Part shown: one piece after another, positions 1-9,516 of the stretch
Numbering within the stretch: position 1 is the first letter of the stretch
Layout of the letters: every line of letters begins with the position of its first letter
Virus record (IMG/VR): IMGVR_UViG_3300049791_000009
Span: 1 to 50,475 of that record
From: a virus
Lineage: Duplodnaviria > Caudoviricetes
DNA: 50,475 nucleotides
Direction: 5' to 3' (one strand)
Program-made: the position numbers and the translations under genes
Notes under the pieces: model-generated
What the model saw: only the letters and a program-made list of their open reading frames with translations
Databases searched by the model: none
What the model was told of the DNA's origin: nothing

Positions 1-127
1 GGGGAGGGGTGAGTATACTTGCATTGTCCCTCTAGAATTTCTACACAGAATGACAAGGGATGGAAAGTTGGTCCGTTGAAGTTCCTCTCGTACATTTTAA
101 GTTATATCTAAGGAAACGTAAGAATGA
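1..127. repeat. Exact 127-bp duplicate of the window end (circular assembly overlap)
   Basis: 1-127 is identical to 50349-50475; 127 is a common assembler k-mer length. Confidence 0.9.
77..107 (+). promoter_or_regulatory. Putative late promoter (TGWAG-N17-RAGT class)
   Basis: TGAAG-N17-AAGTTATA just upstream of the first + strand gene; same spacing as the sites at 9344 and 45949. Confidence 0.4.
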
Positions 128-408
128 CACAGTCAACAATTCTAGCTGCCGGTAACACCTCTGCCACTTCCACTGATGTAGTGGTAGCTGCTGGTGCTCA
201 TGTACACATTGGTATCTTCGGAGTAGCAGGCACATACTTACCTGCTGGCTTCGATATGGCAGTTATGATGGACACACCTAATGGTGATTTAGTATATAAC
301 CGGCTAGATGATGGGAGACAACAAATCCATGTCATCGGCCCTGGTACTTGGCGTGTAGTGCGTGCTGCATACACTGGCTCAGCCTTTGGCGTATTCTTGG
401 AGGCTTAA
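124..408 (+). CDS. Small probable virion protein, beta-rich
   Basis: 94-aa ORF with AAGGA RBS; first gene of the structural arm. Confidence 0.7.
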   Translation: MTQSTILAAGNTSATSTDVVVAAGAHVHIGIFGVAGTYLPAGFDMAVMMDTPNGDLVYNRLDDGRQQIHVIGPGTWRVVRAAYTGSAFGVFLEA

Positions 409-414
409 GTATTT

Positions 415-3123
415 ATGACAGATATAACTTTAGTCCCCATTACTGGCGCAGCTAACCTCTCCGCTATTAATAATAACTTCGCTAAGGTACAAGAGAGCGT
501 CAACAATGATGTCTTAAATCTTGCTGGTGGTAACAACACCATGAACCAAGATATTGACATGAACGGGAATGACCTCCTCAACCTTAATACTGATGTTGAT
601 AACCCTAGCGGGCTAATAACTTTAGGCCAAGCTGATGCTCGTTATTACAATGTAAGTGGCGACACTCTCACTGGCCCTATGAATGCGGCTGGTCAACACG
701 TCACCAACCTCCCTGTGCCTAGCGTTGGCACTGAACCTATGCGTAAGGCTGAGTTCGATGCTCAGGTAGTGGCACAGGATGTAAGGGATGATAGTCAAGA
801 TGCTCTTGCTGCTACCACTAAGAGTCAGGCTGTACGAGCTCCTGATGGGGAGGCCATTCCAGCCCTGCCTATAGCGGCAGGACGTGCTGACAAGCTAATG
901 AGCTTTGATCCCTTTGGCAATCCTGTAGCCATTGCTGCTGCTAACCAAAGTGCCACAGATCTTGAGTTACGCTTGGCAGACCCTACCGACCCGCTCAAAG
1001 GGGTGGGGATGGTGGGGCGGGCAACACGTCAAATCAAGACTGTGGCCGAATTGCGTACAGTGCCGGGGCGTTATGATCAGGACAGAATTGATCTTGTTTC
1101 AGTGCTTGGTGGTTGGGAATCCAATGTCTTGTACCCTTTTCCTTCCGGTAAAGGTAGCTTTGTTTGGAGTTCAACTTCTGTTGCTACAGATGATACTGGG
1201 GTTGTTGTTGCGGTTACAGGGGTTACAACCGGACGATGGATCAGGGAGTTCGATGGCTCTGTAAATGTAACGTGGTTTGGGGCCATCCCTGATGGATTGA
1301 CTCACTGCTCTGCTGCCTTCCAACTAGCCGTGGATAATTATGCGTCGGTGTACATACCGCCTGGGAAATTTGTCCTTAACAACTATACTACGCACCCGCT
1401 TATCTATACCACCGGACTAGTTGACTGCGGAATTAAGATCACTTCTGCACAGAAGTGTGTAGAGTTGTACGGCGCAGGTGAATCCACGCTGCTACTATCT
1501 GAACCTGGGGTTCGCTACAACTCACTGATCAGTATATATAATGTCACTGACAGATTGATCCACTCATTCAATATGGATGGCCTATACGACCGTAGTGGCT
1601 CAGCATTTCTTGCAGGCATCATTGGTATACGTGCGCAGTCGATCCTCCGATGCACTATGCATAGCTTGAAGATCACCAACTTCACCTATCACTGCTTGGC
1701 TATGTACGGCGGCAGTAATGCCGTGACCGAGCCTGCCTGCTCGTGGTGCAAATGCCATGATCTATACCTAGATGGGGGCGGGCAGACGTCGCTGTTGGTA
1801 TACTCGTCCACCTTCACTGGCTTGGTTCTGCCCAACGAGTTCATAGAATTCACCAATATTTTCGCCATGAACTCCCACGTCTATTTCGGCGTAGAGGTGC
1901 GTAAGAGCAAAAACATCACCTTCGCCAACTTAATCGCCAATGGTAATACCAAAGGTGGCGTGAACCTTGAGGAAGGTGCAATAAATTGCAAGTTCGTTAA
2001 CACGGTCGGTAAATTTAATGGTGCCTATGGCCTGCATATGACAGGGAACGGCCTTGAAAATGTGACTGGTAATAGCTTTGTTGACTTTGATTTTTCTGAG
2101 AACACGGCACATAACGTACTAGCCTTCCAAGGTGCTGTTGGTAACTATTTCATCCGGGGTAACTTCAATAGCGCCGTTAACGGTAATGGTTGGAGAAGTG
2201 AGGACACCAGCTCATTTGGTAACTACTTTCGCCAAGTAGAGTGCAAGGATAATCCAGATGAAGGGCTACTATTCCAGAACTACGAATATCTGGACGATGT
2301 AACTATTACAGGTAACGGACTTCGAGGGGTAACAGTCTTCGGTGCATCCCGGCACAGGAACGTAGTTTCTCGCAACAACGGAACAAATATCACTACTGTG
2401 GTTGGAAAGATCCATGACATTTCAGACTGTGATTTTGGGCCTAAGCATGCAATATACACTAAAGATTGTATTAAGGCTGGTCAGTTCATTGAGGTTAACC
2501 GAGCAGGCCGATATGCAAATGGCGGTACAGACATCACAGAAGAGACTGATGCAACTTCCATCTCTACCTTGGTTTGGAAAACATCCGTCCACTTTGGGGC
2601 ACTAATTGCTATCCCTACTGGCGTATTTACAGGTTCTAAATTTACCCACCTGGAAGTAATATTTAGAGTAAAAACTGACGGACCATCCAGACTGCTACGG
2701 GATATCAACGGTGCTACCAACATCACCATCCCAACAAATACTGACTGGATTCCAGTTTCTTATCTAATCCCTATTGCTGGGCTTACTGCCTCGTCAGTGC
2801 TGAACATCCGTTACGAAACGAGTGGCGGGTATGTGATGATGGATGGATATCAGTTGGCTCTACATGATAGCCGTGACATCTCAATCAGCATAACCCCGGC
2901 CTCTGTGGCGGCTGCCACAGCAGTCGAGCAAACCTTCACTGCAACCGGCGTATTGGTTGGCGATGCTATTTCAGTATCGCCGCCAAGTATTACGGCTGGT
3001 GTGGCCCCGATGTGTGCTCGTGTAACCGCCACAGATACAGTCGCTATCACCTTCATGAATGCCACGGCAGGTGCTTTAGTCCCGGCAGCGGGGGCATACC
3101 GACTACAGTTTACGCGTGCTTAA
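415..3123 (+). CDS. Tailspike 1, beta-helix depolymerase-like receptor-binding protein
   Basis: N-terminal anchor (QDIDMNGNDLLNL); VNVTWFGAIPDG...VYIPPGKF entry into a pectate-lyase-like beta-helix; Asn/Gly-rich repeats. Confidence 0.85.
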   Translation: MTDITLVPITGAANLSAINNNFAKVQESVNNDVLNLAGGNNTMNQDIDMNGNDLLNLNTDVDNPSGLITLGQADARYYNVSGDTLTGPMNAAGQHVTNLPVPSVGTEPMRKAEFDAQVVAQDVRDDSQDALAATTKSQAVRAPDGEAIPALPIAAGRADKLMSFDPFGNPVAIAAANQSATDLELRLADPTDPLKGVGMVGRATRQIKTVAELRTVPGRYDQDRIDLVSVLGGWESNVLYPFPSGKGSFVWSSTSVATDDTGVVVAVTGVTTGRWIREFDGSVNVTWFGAIPDGLTHCSAAFQLAVDNYASVYIPPGKFVLNNYTTHPLIYTTGLVDCGIKITSAQKCVELYGAGESTLLLSEPGVRYNSLISIYNVTDRLIHSFNMDGLYDRSGSAFLAGIIGIRAQSILRCTMHSLKITNFTYHCLAMYGGSNAVTEPACSWCKCHDLYLDGGGQTSLLVYSSTFTGLVLPNEFIEFTNIFAMNSHVYFGVEVRKSKNITFANLIANGNTKGGVNLEEGAINCKFVNTVGKFNGAYGLHMTGNGLENVTGNSFVDFDFSENTAHNVLAFQGAVGNYFIRGNFNSAVNGNGWRSEDTSSFGNYFRQVECKDNPDEGLLFQNYEYLDDVTITGNGLRGVTVFGASRHRNVVSRNNGTNITTVVGKIHDISDCDFGPKHAIYTKDCIKAGQFIEVNRAGRYANGGTDITEETDATSISTLVWKTSVHFGALIAIPTGVFTGSKFTHLEVIFRVKTDGPSRLLRDINGATNITIPTNTDWIPVSYLIPIAGLTASSVLNIRYETSGGYVMMDGYQLALHDSRDISISITPASVAAATAVEQTFTATGVLVGDAISVSPPSITAGVAPMCARVTATDTVAITFMNATAGALVPAAGAYRLQFTRA

Positions 3124-3187
3124 TGTTACTGAGCAAGTACCACTCTGTAAAAGCTCAAGAGACGCAGTCCCTTAGATGAGATAATTT

Positions 3188-3655
3188 ATGACTGACATAG
3201 CACTAACCCCCATAGCCTCTGGGTATAATCTTTCCAAGATTAACACTAACTTCGGTGTAGTAGAGGAGGCAATTAATAACGGCGTTGTCCATGTAAGTGG
3301 TGGTGGCAACGTTATGAGTCAAGACCTAGATATGAATGGCAATGACTTGCTTAACGTTCATATTGACCCAACCGACCAAACGGGTCTTGTTGTTAGACAG
3401 GAACTTACTGACGAGATCAGTGCCAGGGTTTCTGGGGACGTGTCCCTACAAGATCAGCTCAATGGAACTAACCCACCAATGGGCTCAGCCTTCAGCACTA
3501 TTAGCTGGCATGGGCAGAGAATTACCAATAGCATCACCATCCCTGACAATGTAAATGCTTGGTCCTTTGGCCCCCTAATTACACTTGATCCAGGTGTAGT
3601 AGTTACTATTGGGGCAGGCTCTTTCTGGACTGTTGCCTTCGGAGAAGTAGTTTGA
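3188..3655 (+). CDS. Tailspike adaptor: stand-alone copy of the virion anchor domain
   Basis: First ~57 aa are paralogous to the tailspike 1 N-terminus; overlaps the start of the next gene. Confidence 0.75.
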   Translation: MTDIALTPIASGYNLSKINTNFGVVEEAINNGVVHVSGGGNVMSQDLDMNGNDLLNVHIDPTDQTGLVVRQELTDEISARVSGDVSLQDQLNGTNPPMGSAFSTISWHGQRITNSITIPDNVNAWSFGPLITLDPGVVVTIGAGSFWTVAFGEVV

Positions 3656-5154
3656 GTACGCTAAGAACTGACACCTTACAAACTCCAGATGGGCTTACCT
3701 CTGTTGAAGTAGCCGATCTAGTTGCCATTCCAGCGTTTATTACGACTCTGGCATCTCCAGGGGGGGCTGCTGCTGTGGGGGCTGTTAACCCCGCTGGGGG
3801 CACCACTACTGTACAGGCTGCACTTAATGCCAGCATTGTTAGGGTAGATTCAGTGGCAAGTGCCCGGCTAGTGCCAGCAACTACACTTGGCGTCATAGAG
3901 ACTGCCGGTTACTATGCGGGCTCTGTTAATGGTGGCGGCCGGTATCGGGCAGACTTGTCAGATGTCATTTCTGCTGATGACGGCTTCTTGGTATTGGTAT
4001 CTACAGGCGGAGTCCGCAGAAAGCTCATCTACACTGACAGAGTAACTGTAAAGCAAGCTGGGGCCAAGGGCGACTTTAACCTGACCTCTGATACTGGCAC
4101 AGATGACACAGCCCGCCTACAAGTAGTGCACACTAACACGCCTAGCGGAGTAGAGATCTACTACCCGTTGGGTCTGTACTTAGTGACTACAAAGATTGTG
4201 GCGAGTGGTGGATCTAACATCAAGTTCCAGTCTAGGGCAACCACCATTAACAATGCTCAGTGCGCTCTCGTTGGCTCTCTTACTTTGGATGGCGTCATTG
4301 AGATTCAATCAAATGGCTCAGTCTTTAGTTCTAAAGTAGAGAACATGGTTGTTACTCGGCGTACAGGGACTTTTGCTAGTACTGTCCGAGGGATCATTAC
4401 TAGTGGCACAGACCAAACTACGCTGATCGACTGTGCAGCATTCCGCCATGGTATTGGCCTCCATGCTGCTGGCCAACTAGCCCCATACTACATCCGCCTG
4501 AACACTTGGAGTTGCTCTGGCACACATGTAAAGATCTCCACTTGTGTAGAGCCACGGTTCACCAACTGCCGCTTTGGGCGTAATGGCGGACCTGACTTTG
4601 TTTGTAACTCCTACATCCAAGTGGATGGCTCTGGTGGCATTCAAGTAGACACTGTAGAGTTCTTGGGGTGCCAGTTCAACCAGTCTGGTAACGTCGTCAA
4701 CCAAGTCATTGAGTTTATAAACTACAACAACCCTAATGGCATCTTTGGATTCACTGACTGCCATATGGAAATGTGGGGGACATTTGTAGTTGGTATTGGC
4801 ACAGGAACTACCAGACTCCAGCGGATCAAGTTCAATGGTTGCACTATAACCTCTGGCGGTAGTCAGATTATTGGCGGCCCTATGGCAGGCGTTCTTGAGG
4901 ACTTCCAGGCCAATGGTTGCACTATGGCTGGTATCCTCACCTTTGACCTCGTAACGTCCGCTAGCGTTATTGGAGGCTCTCTGGCTGGCAACCTTGTTAT
5001 CAATGGCGGCAAGACTATCGTTACAGGGCTTGATGTCACAGGTAACGTCACCTTGAGTGGCACCTCAGGCAAGTTGACACTTACTTCTTGCCACATCTCT
5101 GGCATTCTTACTAACACCTACACTGGGACAGCTTCTATTAGCGGGAACATCTAA
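3652..5154 (+). CDS. Tailspike 2, anchor-less beta-helix protein
   Basis: TTG start; GYY...GGG.Y, DDG, VTVKQAGAKGD...DDTA, YYPLGLY motifs typical of tailspikes. Confidence 0.8.
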   Translation: MSTLRTDTLQTPDGLTSVEVADLVAIPAFITTLASPGGAAAVGAVNPAGGTTTVQAALNASIVRVDSVASARLVPATTLGVIETAGYYAGSVNGGGRYRADLSDVISADDGFLVLVSTGGVRRKLIYTDRVTVKQAGAKGDFNLTSDTGTDDTARLQVVHTNTPSGVEIYYPLGLYLVTTKIVASGGSNIKFQSRATTINNAQCALVGSLTLDGVIEIQSNGSVFSSKVENMVVTRRTGTFASTVRGIITSGTDQTTLIDCAAFRHGIGLHAAGQLAPYYIRLNTWSCSGTHVKISTCVEPRFTNCRFGRNGGPDFVCNSYIQVDGSGGIQVDTVEFLGCQFNQSGNVVNQVIEFINYNNPNGIFGFTDCHMEMWGTFVVGIGTGTTRLQRIKFNGCTITSGGSQIIGGPMAGVLEDFQANGCTMAGILTFDLVTSASVIGGSLAGNLVINGGKTIVTGLDVTGNVTLSGTSGKLTLTSCHISGILTNTYTGTASISGNI

Positions 5155-5156
5155 CC

Positions 5157-5654
5157 ATGATAAACAAAGAAGACCTGCTAGACAGTTGTGGTAGGCCGCT
5201 TACTCAGAGTTTGTTCCTAGAGTTGGGCTACTCTGAGTATTCAGTCTACACCCTTAAGGAGCATGACTACGCTTACAAGGGCAAGAACTACCCGTCTCTG
5301 AAGCGTCTCTACTTGAGAGAAGAGGATGTAACAGAATATGAGTTCGCCACCAAGCACCTGCTTGGCTGGCAGCACTGGAAGCGTCTCTGCGAGAACAAAC
5401 AGATCCGTAAGCACATTGATGATTGGCGGGAGGAGCTGGAGTTGAAGATCCGCTCCCAAGCCATTCGTGATATGCAGGGTCTGTGTGCCTCTGAGAATGG
5501 AAACTTCTCCGCTGCTAAGTTCCTTGCGGATCGTGGTTGGGAGAAGCGTGCTCCAGGACGCCCTAGCAAGATCGACAAAGAGAAAGAGGACCGTCTTGCT
5601 GACCGCCTCTCCGATGAATTCACTGCTGATATTATTCGGCTGAAGACTAAATAA
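5157..5654 (+). CDS. terS: Probable terminase small subunit
   Basis: 165 aa, helical, C-terminal GRPSK motif, coupled (TAATG) to the large terminase. Confidence 0.7.
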   Translation: MINKEDLLDSCGRPLTQSLFLELGYSEYSVYTLKEHDYAYKGKNYPSLKRLYLREEDVTEYEFATKHLLGWQHWKRLCENKQIRKHIDDWREELELKIRSQAIRDMQGLCASENGNFSAAKFLADRGWEKRAPGRPSKIDKEKEDRLADRLSDEFTADIIRLKTK

Positions 5655-7261
5655 TGGATGAAGATTGGCTTTTAGAGGCTGAGAAGAAGCTCAAGCGTAT
5701 GCCAGCTCAGGCTCGTGAAGTCAGAGAGCGTGCTGAAAGCGACCTCTTCTTCTTTGCCCAGCTAGTTAACCCTGGCTATATGTACGGAGAAGTCCACAGA
5801 GAAATCTTCATGTGGATGCAGGAGTATGATTTGTTTGGGCAAGGCACACAGCTTTGCTCGAACAAACTCATTATGCTCCCACGAGCCCACCTGAAGAGCC
5901 ACATGGTGGCTACATGGTGTGCATGGATAGTGACCCGTCACCCTGAAGTTACAATGCTCTACGTGAGTGCTACAGCCACTCTGGCTGAGACCCAGCTCTA
6001 CGCTGTAAAAAACATTCTTGGCTCTAGCCTGTACATGCGTTACTGGCCTGAGTATATCAACCCACAAGAAGGCAAGCGGGAGAAGTGGTCTTCGACTAAT
6101 ATGTCTGTAGATCACCAGAGACGTCGTAAGGAGGGCATACGAGATGCTACCATATCCACAGCAGGACTCACTACCAACACCACCGGATGGCACGCAGACA
6201 TCGTCGTCGCAGATGACTTGGTCGTACCAGAGAATGCCTACACAGAAGACGGACGGGAGTCAGTTTCCAAAAAGGCTAGCCAGTTCACTTCCATCCGAAA
6301 CGCTGGTGGGTTCACAATGGCTTGTGGCACCCGCTATCACCCAGTAGACATCTACAACACTTGGAAGACTCAGGTGTACGATGAGTACGATGATGAAGGC
6401 ATTAAGATTAATGTCTTGCCAGTCTGGGAAGTAAAAGAGTTTGTTGTAGAGCGGGATAACATCTTCACTTGGCCTCGTACCATTCGTGATGATGGGAAAG
6501 CTTTTGGGTTCGACATACGTGTGCTTAGCCGCATCAGAGCTGAATACTCTGACCGAGTGCAGTTCTATGCACAGTACTACAATGACCCTAACGACCCTGG
6601 CAGTGATCGCATCAACCGTGAGAAGTTTCAATACTGGAACCCACGAGCGCTCAAAAAGGAGGGCAGTAAGTGGTTCTACGCTGATCGTAAGCTTAACGTC
6701 TATGCAGCGGTAGACTTTGCATTCTCCCTCTCCAAGTCTGCTGACTACACAGCAATCGTCGTCATTGGCATTGACTGTGACAACAACGTGTATGTCCTAG
6801 ACATTGACCGGTTCAAGACTGACAAGACGCTAGAGTACTTTGAACACATCAAGGAGCTTCATTCTAAATGGAACTTTAATAAGTTTCGGGCAGAAGTTAC
6901 GGTAGCCCAGAAGGTTATCGTTAACGCAATCAAGGACTACGTGCAGAAGGATGGTTTGAGACTCGCTGTAGAAGAGTATCGCCCCAACCGCACCGAGGGC
7001 TCTAAGGAGGAGCGTATTGCTGCCACCCTCGAACATAAGTATGATAACCTGGAGATGTGGCATTTAGAGGGCGGCTGGACCACCGTGCTTGAAGAAGAGC
7101 TCGTTCTTAGTAGGCCAGCCCACGATGACATCAAGGACGCCTTAGCGAGCGCTGTAGGTATTGCTGTCCCCCCTATGAAAAGCAGGACTTCTAGTATTAA
7201 AGAGTTCTTCTCCACAAACAAGCAGACGTCGCGTTTCGGTGGCGTAGCCTTCAAACACTAA
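5654..7261 (+). CDS. terL: Terminase large subunit
   Basis: Walker A variant PRAHLKS, Walker B VVADD, GTRY motif, nuclease motifs AVDFA...DYTAIVV and HDDIKDA. Confidence 0.95.
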   Translation: MDEDWLLEAEKKLKRMPAQAREVRERAESDLFFFAQLVNPGYMYGEVHREIFMWMQEYDLFGQGTQLCSNKLIMLPRAHLKSHMVATWCAWIVTRHPEVTMLYVSATATLAETQLYAVKNILGSSLYMRYWPEYINPQEGKREKWSSTNMSVDHQRRRKEGIRDATISTAGLTTNTTGWHADIVVADDLVVPENAYTEDGRESVSKKASQFTSIRNAGGFTMACGTRYHPVDIYNTWKTQVYDEYDDEGIKINVLPVWEVKEFVVERDNIFTWPRTIRDDGKAFGFDIRVLSRIRAEYSDRVQFYAQYYNDPNDPGSDRINREKFQYWNPRALKKEGSKWFYADRKLNVYAAVDFAFSLSKSADYTAIVVIGIDCDNNVYVLDIDRFKTDKTLEYFEHIKELHSKWNFNKFRAEVTVAQKVIVNAIKDYVQKDGLRLAVEEYRPNRTEGSKEERIAATLEHKYDNLEMWHLEGGWTTVLEEELVLSRPAHDDIKDALASAVGIAVPPMKSRTSSIKEFFSTNKQTSRFGGVAFKH

Positions 7262-7270
7262 GGAAACTAC

Positions 7271-9025
7271 ATGAGCGTGTCCGTTGCTGAGCTAAAGACC
7301 GTACTAGTACAAGACGATTACAGTGGCTGGGTGAGCTGGCTATGGAATGATTACAATAACCAGCGTCGTGGCAAGATTGACGAGTGGAAAGAGTTGCGTA
7401 ACTATGTGTTCGCTACTGATACCTCCACCACCTCTAACTCAACCTTGCCTTGGAAGAACTCCACAACCACTCCTAAGCTGTGCCAGATTCGAGATAACCT
7501 CCACTCTAACTATCTAAGCGCATTGTTCCCTAATGACGACTGGCTGCGTTGGATGGGCTATACCAAGGATGACTCGCTTAAGCAGAAAGCAGCCACCATT
7601 GAAGCGTACATGGCTAACAAGTGTCGGGAGAGCCACTTCCGTACCACTATGTCCCGCCTGATCTATGACTACATCGACTATGGCAATGCATTCAGCACTG
7701 TAGCCTTTGAGGCGAAGTACAAGACGATGCCTGACGAGGCCTTAGTCCCAGACTATATTGGACCCAAGGCCGTCCGTATCAGCCCTATGGACATTGTGTT
7801 CAACCCTCTTGCTGATGACTTCATGAACTCGTTCAAGATTGTCCGCTCAGTCAAGACTGTAGGTGAACTCAAGAAGCTAGCACAAGATGAGCCCGAGCAA
7901 GCATTCTGGACTAAGGGGTTAGAGCGTCGTGAGAGAATTCAACGCATGCTCGGTGGCTACTCTATTGAGGATTTCGATAAAGCTTGTGGTTATAGTGCTG
8001 ATGGTTTTGGTAATATGTACTCCTACTTCATGGGGGACTTTGTAGAGATTCTTGAGTTCTACGGAGACTACCATGACCACAGCACAGGTGAGCTTAGCAC
8101 CAATCGTATGATCACTGTAGTAGACCGTGGCTGCTGTGTACGCGATGAAGCCATCCCAACGTGGATGGGAGGCGCCCCAATCTTCCACGTAGGCTGGAGG
8201 TTCCGTCAAGACAACCTGTGGGCTATGGGCCCTCTGGACAACCTTGTAGGTATGCAATATCGCATTGACCACCTAGAGAACTTGAAAGCGGACGCTATGG
8301 ACTTGGTAGTCCACCCACCTCTTGCTATTCAGGGTGAAGTGGAGGAATTCACTTGGGGACCAGGGGCTGAGATTCACTTCGATGAAGGCGGCTCTGTAGG
8401 TTTGCTATCTCAAGACATGAACAGCCTTATCATGGCCAACAACGAGATTCAAATGTTGGAAGATAAGATGGAGTTGTATGCTGGCGCTCCTCGTGAAGCT
8501 ATGGGTATTCGCACTCCTGGAGAGAAGACCGCCCTGGAGGTTCAGACGCTCTCTAACGCTGCTGGACGCATCTTCCAAGAGAAGGCAACCTCCTTTGAGA
8601 TTGAACTCCTAGAACGCACTCTAAACGCTATGCTAGAGTCTGCTAGACGCAACCTCGATGGTAGTGACACCATCCGTGTGCTCGATGATGACATTGGCGT
8701 ACAACAATTTCTGAGCATCACTCGGGATGACATCACTGCTAATGGTAAGATTAGGCCTATCGGTGCTCGTCACTTCGCTAAGCAAGCTCAGGACCTCCAG
8801 AATATCATTGGTGTATTCGCCTCTCCTATCGGTCAGATGATTGCTCCACACACCTCTGGCAAGGCTATGATGAAGTTTGTAGACGATGTAACTGGCCTCA
8901 AGGGTTATGACATCTTCCGACCTAACGTTGCTGTAGCGGAACAACAGGAGACAGCAGCTCTGGTTAACCAAGCACAAGAAGATAATCAGATGGCTGCTAC
9001 AGCCCCCGTAGAGGGTGGTCTCTAG
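7271..9025 (+). CDS. Portal protein
   Basis: 584 aa after TerL; DYGNAF, RISPMDIVFNP and EKTALEV motifs typical of podovirus portals. Confidence 0.88.
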   Translation: MSVSVAELKTVLVQDDYSGWVSWLWNDYNNQRRGKIDEWKELRNYVFATDTSTTSNSTLPWKNSTTTPKLCQIRDNLHSNYLSALFPNDDWLRWMGYTKDDSLKQKAATIEAYMANKCRESHFRTTMSRLIYDYIDYGNAFSTVAFEAKYKTMPDEALVPDYIGPKAVRISPMDIVFNPLADDFMNSFKIVRSVKTVGELKKLAQDEPEQAFWTKGLERRERIQRMLGGYSIEDFDKACGYSADGFGNMYSYFMGDFVEILEFYGDYHDHSTGELSTNRMITVVDRGCCVRDEAIPTWMGGAPIFHVGWRFRQDNLWAMGPLDNLVGMQYRIDHLENLKADAMDLVVHPPLAIQGEVEEFTWGPGAEIHFDEGGSVGLLSQDMNSLIMANNEIQMLEDKMELYAGAPREAMGIRTPGEKTALEVQTLSNAAGRIFQEKATSFEIELLERTLNAMLESARRNLDGSDTIRVLDDDIGVQQFLSITRDDITANGKIRPIGARHFAKQAQDLQNIIGVFASPIGQMIAPHTSGKAMMKFVDDVTGLKGYDIFRPNVAVAEQQETAALVNQAQEDNQMAATAPVEGGL

Positions 9026-9099
9026 CTTACCCCTAGTACTGGTATAACTTTTCTCCTAGGGCCTCCCACAGAGGCTCACAGGAGCTTACAGAGGCATAC

Positions 9100-9348
9100 A
9101 TGAAACAATCCTGGACTAGTGGGCTTAACAAAGAGCTTGCAGTGGACGTAAGGGCGAACTATAAGGAGTCGCTAGTAGTCCGTAGACGCCTAGTGAAGAT
9201 GCTCACAGATAAGATCAACGCATCATCGAAAGAAGGACGCTCTAAACTCCTGTACGACAACCCTAACTGGGCGCTCTTACAAGCTGACCAAAGAGGGTAT
9301 GAAAGAGCCTTCGCAGAAATAATTGATTTAATTGATGAGGGTGTGTAG
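9100..9348 (+). CDS. Hypothetical protein between portal and scaffold
   Basis: 82-aa ORF with GAGG RBS; typical position in the head module. Confidence 0.7.
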   Translation: MKQSWTSGLNKELAVDVRANYKESLVVRRRLVKMLTDKINASSKEGRSKLLYDNPNWALLQADQRGYERAFAEIIDLIDEGV

Positions 9349-9374
9349 TCTTTTCTCTCAAAAAAGAGTATAGT
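9344..9374 (+). promoter_or_regulatory. Putative late promoter for scaffold/capsid
   Basis: TGTAGTCTTTTCTCTCA-N6-AGTATA, near-identical to 45949-45977; also reads TAGTCT-N17-TATAGT. Confidence 0.55.
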
Positions 9375-9516
9375 ATATACTATATATAAGTATACTCTAG
9401 TACACTACTAACAAACATATATTCTTCTTTCTTTTTAATTATGCTTTTGCTCTTGATCTTCTAAGAGCGTAATAGAAGATTGTTAGGAATACTTATAATA
9501 CTAATAGGAATACACA

